From Tubulanus polymorphus (lineage: Eukaryota > Animalia > Nemertea), in NCBI RefSeq assembly GCF_964204645.1, contig NC_134033.1:4240231-4304230 (forward strand): a stretch of 64,000 nucleotides of DNA, given 5' to 3'. The notes beneath the pieces are model-generated. The model saw nothing but the letters and a program-made list of their open reading frames with translations. It ran no database searches and had not been told where the DNA came from. Below are positions 14,565 to 25,952 of the stretch, in pieces. Within the stretch, counting starts at the first letter, position 1. Each line of letters opens with the position of its first letter. The position numbers and the translations under genes were made by a program.

Positions 14565-17500
14565 CTGACACAAACATGTTTTCTGCTAGTACTCCTAAGA
14601 AATCCAGACTGAGTGTATCAGACCATACTCCAGGTACCTATCATGACCTACTTTTTACTATTTCTATGCATCTACAAATTGTCGTTTTATGAGTAATATC
14701 CGCTGTATTGATTGATATATCGATAGCTACTTTAAACGCATGTTATCAATCTCCTCAGGTTTAACCGCCATTCCGAGTAATGAAACAAACAGCGCCGTTG
14801 AAGATAGTGTTTTTGAGGAAAGCGTCTTCAGTTCAGGTAGATTTTCTAAGGAATTTTCCATAAATGATGTATATTAACATAACTGTGATGCACTCGTACC
14901 ATAAAATGATTTGTTTTTCATGATTCTACTTGTAGCTTTACCCGGCAATCCGTGTGAATCGAAAGATATCCTAAATGAAAGTGTTTTTGAGGAAAGTGTC
15001 ATTAGTGCAGGTAGATATTCTGATATTCCTAATAGGATAATTCACACTTATTCTATATCAAGATACCTGTAAATGACTTTAGCGAAAATGTACTTGTAGT
15101 TCTACCTGGCAACCTGAGTGAGGGAAAAATGTCCTAGATGAAAGTGTTTTTGAAGAAAGCATAATCAGTACAGGTAGATATTCTGATATTCCCAGAAATT
15201 TCTGTTGCATCAAGATCCTGCACGTGCTGTATGTAAACGACCTTTCCTGAAATATACTTTTAGTTTTACCCAGCAATCTGAGTGGAGGGAACGAAGATAA
15301 TAGTGTTTTTGAGGAAAGCGTCCTCAGTTTGGGTAATTATATTGAAGAATTTTTCCAAATAATGTTATTATGATTATGAACCCATGATGTAAAACAACTC
15401 TTTTCATGGATCTACTTGTAGTTTTACCCTCTCATCCGATTGAGGCGAACGATATCCTAGATGAAAGTGTTTTTGAGAAAGGCGCCGGAGCAGGTAGATA
15501 TTGTGATATTCCCAAAATGATAATTTCTGTTACATCTAGATCGAACTATGTGAAATGAAATTTCCTAAAATATACTTGTAGTTTTATCCCATGGTCAAAG
15601 TATTTTTGGAGAATGTGTCATCAGTTCAGGTATACATGTATTATGATTTTCCCTCCCCAGACAATAATCTAAATATTAATTACAGCAACTTATTCATAGA
15701 AAAGAACACTTCCACCAATTAACTTTTAGAGTCACCAAGCAATGCGAGTTGTGAAATGGACAGCAGTGAAGATATAGAATTTGAAGAACATGCGACCAGT
15801 TCAGGTAAAATATATTTTTTTTCAAGGGTTTTTCTGGTTTTCCAACCAACGGCAAAGTGAGAAAATCAATATGGTATTAAACAGAATATTAAAAATTTTA
15901 TCTAATAAGGATGAAATATGAAAGCAAAAGAGTGCAATTATCAATTTTGTTTCATTTGTATTTACCGAATATTGATATCACATTACATGCAGTTGTCTTA
16001 TGCAATTTAGTATGTCGAATTTATTTTCACTTTTAACAGATAGTCAACAACAACCCCTGGAGAGCTCGCTTATCCTTCCTCATTCAAAGTCACGTATAGC
16101 CGAATCTAGCAGTAAGTATAATAGGGGAGAAAATAAGCAATTTCAATTTAGGAATTTATGCAGTTTACATAGTTTGGTTTCAATCGTTTTAAAATATTTT
16201 CCATTAACCCGATGAAGCATATCTCTTTATTATTGCAACGAATTTTCTGATGAAGCCCATAGAAATATAACAGAACCAAACGGGTAGTCTAATATTTCAC
16301 CGTCGCCAATGGGGGCGCCACTGCCATAAACGTCGAGAAATTTACACTCGAGGTTCTGTTAAAAGGGACAGTGTGCATGTATTAAACTTTCAAATAACCC
16401 ATTCCTTCTGTTGATGTTACAGCAGTAGCCTACATGACAATCCCCAATATTTACTGATAGCCTTTACAGTGTATAAGTATGCCATTTGAGAAACGATCAA
16501 TAATTATAAGAGATAATACAGTCAATAAAAGGCGATAAGCTACGCTTTTATATTGTCAACGCGGAGTCCAGTAAATCCGTTGACGGCAGAGATTGCGGCT
16601 ATTGACGGTCAGATATCAAACGGAACTAGAAGCATATCCAATTCCTTTATGTATTTCTATTCGTAAGAAGAATGTTCTCACGAATTTCATTTTCTCTAAT
16701 ATTGAAATGGAAGTTGAAAATCAAAAACAGAGAAATCACAATGATTTTGGAAATATCCATTGGAAACGCATGGTAAAATGCAATTCCATAATCTCTATTC
16801 ATGCATCAATCTCTTTTCAGGATATCCCAAAGAAAGTCTTTTTAACAAAAAAACATCATCGACAACGCTATTGAAATCTCTTCATGTGATCTGTAAAAAA
16901 CATCGTACCGATTTTCTGCACATGGCTGATATAAAGAACCAGTCCTGCGGGAATCCTATTGGTGTCGCAATATTTCGGATCGTCATCAGTTTATCGTGAA
17001 CACTCTGCAAACATGTACGCAGAATACATCGCGCATTAACCTTACTGTCATGGGAAGATCTGTTTGCCAAGGCTGCTGGTTAAATGTCTATGGCATCAGT
17101 AAATCGACGCTTTACAAAATCAAGTTTAAACAGGATAAGTCAGAATGCCCGGAGAATATATCCATCAGAAAATCTAGCCCTGAATTCGTTGAAGCAACTT
17201 CTTGGCTCTCAAAGTATTTGGAAAATACAGCACAATCTTCTCCCGATAAGACTGAAAAATGGCTTCCGCAGATATTCCGAAAAATTGACCTCTACCGGGA
17301 GTACAAAACAGAAAAAAGCGACAACAATGATAGATATGTCAGTCAGTCTACATTTTATCGGATCTGGTCAGAGTTGTTCTCATTTGTCAAAATCAAGAAG
17401 GTAACTTATTACTTCACTTTGCCTACATATTTCAAAAATATATTGACATTTTCTAATATGAATGATGCTTGAATGTTTACAGGGTAGTACATTCTCGAAA

Positions 17501-19525
17501 TGTGACGATTGTGTGAGAATCCAACAATTACTTCAATCAACGCAGAACCCGATATCCCGCAAGGAAATAATGGCAGAAAAACAACGCCACATTTCTACAG
17601 TAATGTAAGTACATGTAAATGCTATCTTCATCGTATCTAATAAGGAGGCTGTTTGAATTTCCATACCGCACTTGGAATGTTGTTCCAATCTCAGTGTTTG
17701 ATAATTTCAATGTTCTTACGTAAAAAACCATCATGTATTTCTCTGCTTCAGGACTGAGAGACTCGCCTATTATGCACGCGTTCGTAGAGCGCAGACGAAT
17801 CCGAACCGTTACGTTAGTTTAATAGTCGATGGTATGGACCAAACGAAGTCATTTCTTCCACATTTTGCCGGAGAAAAAGGAAAGGTGAGCAACTCGTCTA
17901 GCCATCTTATTGTCATTTAACTTACGATTTATCGCAAATTTCCCATAAATCTAATCCAGTTGTATTACCCGGTACACAAACCATTCTATAGAACTGCCCA
18001 GTAATTAACCTCCAATGGCGTACAATGATAATGAACTGTTTGATAATAAACAAAACCCACTGTAAAACATATTTAATCTGCATTATTTATCATAGCCTTT
18101 TTGCACTATATTTTCTAATTACCGGTATTTCTCTTTTCAGTTCATGACAGCTACTAATTTACTAAAAACACACATAACTGGTGTGATAAGTCATGGTCAT
18201 AAACTATCTCAGTCGTATGTCGATTATCATCTTTATCCACACGACAGCAACATGACGATGAATGTTATTCTCAAGACATTATGGCGTATATCTAAGGTAA
18301 GACGAATATAAACAATTTAATACCGGTACACATTTCTATGTCAGCAAATGTGAAAAGAAATGTTAAATTCATTTATTTAATGTTAAATTCATTTATTTAC
18401 TTTTTTAGAATGGTCATCTGCCACCGCATTTGTATTTGCAAGCCGACAACTGTGGCCGCGAAAATAAGAACAAATACGTTTTAGCCCTCTTGCAAATTCT
18501 AGTATAGAAGAAAATATTTAACGAGGTGAGGAATCTGCTAGTTGCAGGCTACTAATAAATGGAGGCTTTCAATTAAGAAGCAACGCAAATACTCACCTAT
18601 GTGTACCTCGGTTCGGTAGAGATTACATATATCGACAAACTTGTAACTAACTACATGTATTGGCAAGTTATGCAGTTTCTACTGCAATAGATATCATTTC
18701 TCATATATATTTCCACGTGGTATATCTTTTGAACTTATAACTTGAATTCAGAACCATACATCGCACCCGTATTATTGTGTGGGTTATGAGATCGAAAATT
18801 CTAAAGACGAACTTTTTCAATCATTTCAGATTCAGTTGAGTTTTCTCTTCGTTGGTCATACGCACGAAGACATCAACCAGCTGTTTAGCGTCTATGCCGA
18901 TAGGTTGAGAAGAGAAGATGCATTCGATATGGCCGGCCTGCTCAAACTGTGCGATGGTATCGAGTTTTGTTGGATATTCGATCTTGGCTTGCTCCACATA
19001 TCGTCAACATGAAGAACCATTCGAAACCAAGGATATTTCTATTTCGAAGGGACAGCCAAGATCAATCCCAAATAAACATGTACTATAGGAGTTCATCAAC
19101 TCAGGAATGGCACTGCATGGAAGGCGGAGTATTGACAAGTATACCAACTGGTACTCCTTCAGTGCTCGATTTAAATTATTCAAACATCGAAATCAAGGAT
19201 ATGAAAAAGAATATGGAGAAATGGAAAAGCTTTTTGCCACAGGAGAAACAAGGCTGGTGGAATGATTTCCTCGATACCATTGAAACTAAGACAGTCAAGC
19301 TAGCAGATTCTGCTGCATGGTACCTTCCATATTTGAAGGCACGGGAAGGCATTGAACAGGATATCAATGAAAGACACGTTGAGATACCGAATCCTTCAGT
19401 AAGTACATGTATATTGCGGTGATTCAAACTGATAGATATCTATCTATTTGGAAGTCAGCTTTTACGCTAGATCGATCTATTCATTCATACATGCACACAT
19501 TCTCTTTCAGATCGTCGTTTCGTGA
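14565..19525 (+). pseudogene. Decayed multi-exon DUF7869 / Sola-like DDD transposase-type gene
   Basis: Exons read manually: 14565-14633, 14759-14836, 14936-15010, 15100-15173, 15264-15332, 15422-15493, 15582-15629, 15730-15804, 16040-16111, 16821-17400, 17483-17604, 17752-17884, 18141-18296, 18409-18525, 18830-19398, 19511-19525. Motifs GRSVCQGCW..YGIS, FSKCDDC..H, IVDGMDQ, HITGVISHG, LYLQADNCGRENKNK, FLFVGHTHEDINQLFS, DIRSWLAP. In-frame TAG at 18505-18507; frameshifts near 15130, 16940 and 18965. Confidence 0.8.
14759..15804 (+). repeat. Tandem exon-intron repeat: seven phase-1/phase-1 micro-exons encoding LPxNP...ESVFEES-like peptides
   Basis: Repeated AGTGTTTTTGARGAAAG cores with repeated TACTTGTAG acceptors and CAG|GTAGAT donors, spaced ~150-180 bp apart. 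Confidence 0.85.
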
Positions 19526-21224
19526 TTTTGAACCTGAATTCGGGACATTTGATTAGTATGCAGCAAAATATATATCTGACAGGTTAGTATTGATGGACCA
19601 CTTTTAATTCAATAATTCACCAGTTTTAGTTCACTTCACTTAGCTCTAGTTTGGTGATGCCCTAATTTGAAAAAAATGACATTTCTACCGAACTATTCAA
19701 TTGCAGAATCAATGTAAAATGCGTGGCGCTTGTATGCCCATTCATTTGTTGTAATAATCTGTCCATAGCCTTCTTCAATACATCTCGTTTTCATAACGTC
19801 ATTCAAAAAGAAATGTACGGAATAAGGCTTATTAAATATTAAAATAAACACTTCCTTAGATAAATTAGCACATCTGCACATACTGCACTTTTTCTGCATT
19901 CTGCTTCCTAGTGGTTTTTTAACTCGGTAGACTGAGTGATATACAATAGTACTGAATTCCAGTTGACTATGAAAAAACTGTGATATACTGCGTGGGTATA
20001 GTGTAGACTGAGCGTTATGTGTAGACTCGACATCGGCCCAAATATGCATATTTCAAGTCTCGCATTTCAAAATCACTCTATCGTCAAAGTATGAATATTT
20101 CTTGTATTTGTAAAGTAGTCTATAAACTGCATTTTATCTTAAGGCCGAATCTAATGTTTCCTTAATCGATAGTTTGAAAGTACGTCTTTAATGCATTTGA
20201 ATTTTCAATAGCATTATTAAAATTTGTTACTTAGGATTATAGGTAATTGTTAGGATCATTCATTATAATATCTGAATCGTTTGAACTTCTATGCGAATTC
20301 AGTTAGCTTATTATCTTTTTTTTTTTACTTTCAGGGACACTATCGAGTGCGCTGGAGAAGATTAATTACTAGTGAAATGCCGATCCCCTAGCTTAAGGGC
20401 TAGAACAGTCGCCTATCAACTTATTTCACGCTGTCCCCTCTCTGGGCCAACTGCACCGCTGATTGCCAGGGAATGAGATGTCCCAGTGACCACGTTTGGT
20501 TCCGCGATGGAACCATGTTAAACAAAGTGTAAATTAGGAGTGTCCTGTTCTACAGCAATTGCTGACCGAAAATACAATGATTGTCACTGGAGACTGCACT
20601 CCAACACAGTTAAAGTGTGAGTTTTACCCTATCGAGAGATAAGCATAATGGAGGGCAGAATAATGCCCCGGAATGACATAAAGGCAGCGCCTGTTGTAAT
20701 GATTTCAATGTATTTATTAATTTTTGCATTTTTAAATAGGTTCTAAAAGTTTTGTTTTTACGTAGCTTAACGGAATAGCATTATGTTTACATAGTCAATG
20801 ATATCCAGGATCAGCCTAATCATTCTGTGTATAAGTCCAATCTGTCCGTGATATTATTTTTTGATGTTCATCCTTATGGATTTTGAATTATAGATTGCAT
20901 AATTATTCGTGATTACAGCATCGTGAATGTACGAGTATAGTAATGTCGTGTAGAATGTTTAAACACTACTTCAGCGGGAATATCTGCTGTTTTTAGAGTA
21001 AATCAAAAACCCTCCAAATGAGTAAATTTTGGTATCATCGAATATTCAATTATAAGTTTTAGTATCATTTAGGCTTTATCATATATTGTACATATAATGT
21101 AATTGGAAACACTATGGTGGCTTTGTCAACTGATTTTGATCCGCATTTAGATTAAGCAAAACACTCAAAACTAACGATTCCTTAAATGGAGGTTTCTTAG
21201 TACGAAATTATGTGAAGCAAACAC

Positions 21225-21815
21225 TAAAATGAGACTCAAGACTCGAATCTAACGACGAATGAGTCCTAGGACGCAATTTAGCAAAGCAGATACTAAAATT
21301 AGTCTTAAGACTCGAATCTAACGATTCAAACCAGTGAAAGTTTTAGAATGAGTCCTAGGACGCAATTTAGTAAAATGAGTCTCAAGACTCGCATCTAACG
21401 ATGAATGAGTCCTAGGACGCAATTTAGTAAAATGAGTCTCAAGACTCGCATCTAACGATGAATGAGTCCTAGGACGCAATTTAGAAAATCAGATACTAAA
21501 ATGAGTCTCAAGACTCGAATCAAACTATGAATGAGTCTTAGGATGCAATTTAAGAAAAGTAGTTACTAATATGAGTCTTAAGACTCGAATCTAACGATTC
21601 CGCGGGTGGGCCCTTTGTAATGAGTCCTAGGACGCAATTTTGAAAACCTGATGCTAAAATGAGTCATTATTGCAGTTCTTAAAATGCATGTTTTAAGACC
21701 CGGTACAAATAATACCTCAAACTAATTTTTGAAAATGCGTCCTGAGACTCAATTTCTTGTATTAACTACAAATACTTGAATCATGTAACCCGATTGATTG
21801 AGTCTCAGGACTCAA
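21225..21815. repeat. Array of alternating palindromic motifs (ATGAGTCTCAAGACTCG / ATGAGTCCTAGGACGC)
   Basis: Six A+B units: A at ~21229, 21298, 21375, 21432, 21501, 21571; B at ~21259, 21348, 21405, 21462, 21531, 21620. Partial or inverted copies at ~21659, 21736 and 21800. Confidence 0.9.
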
Positions 21816-21875
21816 AGCTCTTGATTTTGTATGTAAGATTCTGTTTTATGTGAACTAATAAATGTCATTTCTACT

Positions 21876-24550
21876 CTATAGTCGACGCGATTCATTTGTT
21901 TTTGGGTATGGAGAAGTGTATTCTGTGTTTATATTCATATTGCAGGAATTAGGACTAAAAAGGGAACTAATAAGAAATTCCCTTTTTATTTGGGAAGGCC
22001 TTAAAGGCGATTGTTCTAAAGTGTATTGAATTCGAAATATTGGCATGTACATTGATAACTCAAAATACAAGTCATACTCGAGTAGACTGTACAATACAAG
22101 TCCTGCTACTGCGTTATTTTCACATATTGTTGTTATATGACGGGTTTCTGTAAACGTGGAAAATAAATTGTTCGGTTCATCAAATAACTTGATAATTTGT
22201 GTTAGTAAGATCGATCCCCTTGTGCGGATACCAATAGATTCGGAACATGATGTTTGTCCGATAAATTTAAACAGGAATCGGAAGTAATGATTTATATTTT
22301 TGTTAGAAGGAAAAGAGAAAATAAAGAATATAGTTGAGGAGGTTGATAATCCAGGGAAGTTTGGTGACTGCACGAGTCCACAATCTACAGCGTTCCTTGA
22401 AATTCCACCCATAAACCCTGGAAGCACTTGAATTATCTTTAATTTCTGACATTTACGTCGTAATACAATCATTAGTGGTGAACTCCAGAATTCATATTTA
22501 GTGCGTAATAATTTCAAATGGTTTAATACGAGACTGGTGTTTAACACTTGACTATTGAGACTTATCGCTGAACAGGGATTCATAGCTGTACGATGACATC
22601 TGTCAATTTGATATTCGTGTTCTGATAATACATCTATGTTTTCTATCGGTAGGCGTCGATTTTCAGGTGTTATCACGAGACAGTATGACGTCATCTTGAT
22701 CTGACGTTCTCCTTCCTGTAGAACATAACCGTCACAATCAGTAGGAGCAAACTTGAGGAAACCAGTTACTAGTATATCATCCATGTTGTAAGCGTATGCT
22801 ACTACAGTAACCGGTCCACCTGATGTAATCAGGCTGACGACAGATCGACCGTAGAATGAACCAGGACAATACGGACCATAGCGTCTAGCTGTAAAATTTC
22901 CACCATCAAATATATAAAAACCAGCTCTCTCACAGTTCTCTGATAACACTGTTAGTTTTAAGTCTTTCTCATAGATGTCGATTTTCGAGCTGAATGCAAA
23001 TCTACTGATACGATATTGTAACTTCCGTTTCGGATAACGGGGGAACAGACTGTAATGTTGCACTAAATGATTATTTCCAACCTACAATAGATGCAAACAT
23101 AGAGTAAATCATCGGTATTCAATTAATGTTCATTCCTTATTTTCGTTTGCCATTTAACCGAAAAATATTGCGACTCTGTCGTTAAAGGGTCAATGACTTA
23201 CATTCGATCAGGTTTGATTTCAAAAAATTAGGATTCATGTGAATTTTACACATTCATCGTTGTTAAAGACTGTTAAATCAATACAATAAATATAAAATAT
23301 ATTTTCATGCTGTTTTAACTCACTTTTTTATCTTCCACTTTGACGTCTGTTTCCTTCAATGATTCTATTTTGTATTCGATCGATGTTGAATTCCTCAACG
23401 ATTTTCCGAAAAGATTCTCTGATAACAGTAAACACAATATCACGAGAAATCCGTCAGATTGTACGCCTAACGATTCCAGGAAGTTTTCGCGGAGTAAAAT
23501 ATCAGTTCCGACGACCGTTAAACCTTCCAGTTTATAAACACCGATGACGTCACCGGAAGTGACGAGATCACGTGACCAGTTGAAGACGACGTACTGCAGT
23601 ATTTCAGCTGTGATAGACCAGCAGTATAAGCGTTTAGACTGAGTTATTACGTGCGGCATATCACCAGGAATGAGCACTCCGGATTTATTTTTCCAGATCG
23701 GAATCGATGGATTCGAAATATTCCAATCTGATATCCTATACAATTTTACAAATAGATTAGTTTTGAGAGATAATCCGGCTTGTTTCATTGAAAAAGTGAC
23801 GATAGCTCTGTTAGTTTTCGTGTAAATAGAGATGGGCGGATGTCCGGTTTGTTCCCGTATATTCATTATAGGTTCACTTGTGTTCCATCCGTCATAAATT
23901 TGAACGGTCAAATATAAACCTTGTTTTTCTAATCTTAAGTCTATTTTCTCAAAAGTCAAATTCATTCCGAAACCCTCTGGTAACCCGGACCACTCCAACT
24001 GGAAAAGGTGACAAAATACATTCATGAAAATGGCATATTTGTAACCATTTTCAAAAGTTTGTAATTGTTTTATCCTATTTGAGTAACAATCGTGAACAGT
24101 TTTCAGATGTTTTTCCTCCAAACGATAAAATACATAAACTCGACTTCCTTTCACAACGTCATTTACATCACTCTTAAACATCAACGATAATGAATTACTG
24201 CGGTAAATATCTAATTGTTTTCCAGCACCACACAGTAAGTTATCAGAATCGCTGATGTGAAGATAGTTATCTCTACAGAATATAGACGGCTCGATGTCGT
24301 AGTAAAGTTGGACGCGAAAGGTGCCCGGTAAAGAGCTGTTGAAGAACCAACGACATTCAAAATCGCGCGTAAACGACGGATAATTCGGTGAAACGATGTA
24401 ACCGGACGTAGAATCGAGTGAAAACCACGTATTGTTACACCGTGAACTGACAGTTACAGACGGTTGATCGGTAGAGATCCGATCAGTCGTCTGAACCGAC
24501 GACAGTTTCGTTAGTAGAATGAGTAATAACGTTAAGAGACTGCGCGTCAT
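21876..24550 (-). pseudogene. GRL101-like LGR copy A, truncated within exon 2
   Basis: Exon 1 (24550-23324) is intact. Exon 2 starts at 23081 and matches the paralogs up to ...LEQSPL (~22002), then reads ~40 unrelated codons to a stop at 21876. No exon 3 is found to the left in the window. Confidence 0.88.
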
Positions 24551-24647
24551 GTTGACATTCTCCTCGATCAGTTCAACTCTAAACACGTCGAGTAGATTTT
24601 AATCCAATTAATGTTGGGCGTTTTTCAGTGGACCGAGATAGAGCTGG

Positions 24648-25952
24648 ATGAGTCAGACTACACGGCGCTCACTAAAAATTAAATTCGATAATCTACGAAA
24701 CCGAGTAATGATTAACGAGATTAAAATGAAATGTAAAAATGTTATTCGATATTTTGTGCCGAGTCAGTTTTATATACGTACATACAATTTCAAAACTCTA
24801 AATTCAAAACGTCCTATTTCGAATACTACCTTTAGCTCGCTGTAAGGTGCTGCTCTCCTCATCGTTAGCGGATTTTCTAGATACTAACTTGAGTCGACTG
24901 GCCATCGATTTGTTGAGGAGGCCGTGTTGATTGCCAGACTCGATTCATATCTTTTTATCTTAAAATAGGGATTGATTCTGCTATTCGTTTGATTTTCATG
25001 ATTTGGGGTCCCTTATAAACACACCACACCTGCCGGTAGCGAAACAGGGGTTTTGATTTTGAAATCGGAATTCGAAGTATAGATAAAGTCGTGTGATCGG
25101 CGGTCAAAATTACAGAATTTTTTATTTTCATGTTTCCAGCCCTATTCGTCTGCCCGTTTTGAGAGGCTTTAATGGTGATCGAGCATTAAATAAATTATCT
25201 TCTCTCGCGCAGCAAAACGATCCCGAAAAGGTTAGTAATGTTTTATTGTTGACGTTTCGCCTCGTATCGTAATAGACATCTTCAGGAATATTGAACGTCG
25301 GAATTAAATCATTAGCCGTGATAGTGCTCAACAATGTTGAGGTGATATGAATAATTATTTTGAAGGAAAAATTTTTACAGAATTAATGAATCAGCAAGTA
25401 AATTAAAATTGTAATAATATTAAATGAAGGACGGCTTTGAAACGATAGTTAGAAGCTTATAAAAGAAAGCAGCGATAGAAAAGATGACTTTGATGAAACC
25501 AGGATTGATCATTACAGATAAGGGAAGATTAACAGAGCAATTCTAAGTTCTAAAATAAATTCAGTATAATCTCACCAGTGTCTAATTATTGATAATTGAA
25601 AAAAAATTCAAAATGGGAAAAGAATAAATTTTCTCAGAGGTAGGCGAAGTCGGGTGGACGATGGTTTACAATCACGGGTTAGGAGATATTCAGAAGCCTC
25701 GAGAAATCTGGAGGGACCGCCACAAAATGGCGCTTAGAAACTGGAAACTTCTTTATTGGCTCCGCGGTCGGCGCAGTCTTTAATGTGGGTCGATGAAATG
25801 TATTCATATTTTCAAATATCGTTTATGTGTAATATCTTATCTTAATGTTCGTAAAGTGTTGTGATTATCCTTAACGCTGTGCTATAGAGGAAATAAATGA
25901 TAATTATTGATCATTATTATCTTCACAGTATAGAGATTATCAGTATTATCAT
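24648..25952. repeat. A-B intergenic spacer, near-identical to 55530-55990 plus 59301-60130 (segmental duplication)
   Basis: Direct sequence match over both blocks, including the duplicated 68-aa ORF (25128-25334 and 59306-59512). Confidence 0.9.

Noticed and set aside
18359-18399. 20-bp tandem duplication in an intron (similar at ~9569-9616)
   Set aside because: Trivial slippage duplication.
19693-20049. 118-aa minus-strand ORF with a CxxCxC motif
   Set aside because: No recognisable domain or splice context; probably a chance ORF.
21225-21815. CRISPR-like look of the palindromic repeat array
   Set aside because: Eukaryotic context, no cas genes, two alternating motifs, and mostly repeated rather than unique spacers.
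25128-25334. 68-aa ORF duplicated at 59306-59512
   Set aside because: TTG start, no recognisable domain, and conservation is explained by the recent segmental duplication.
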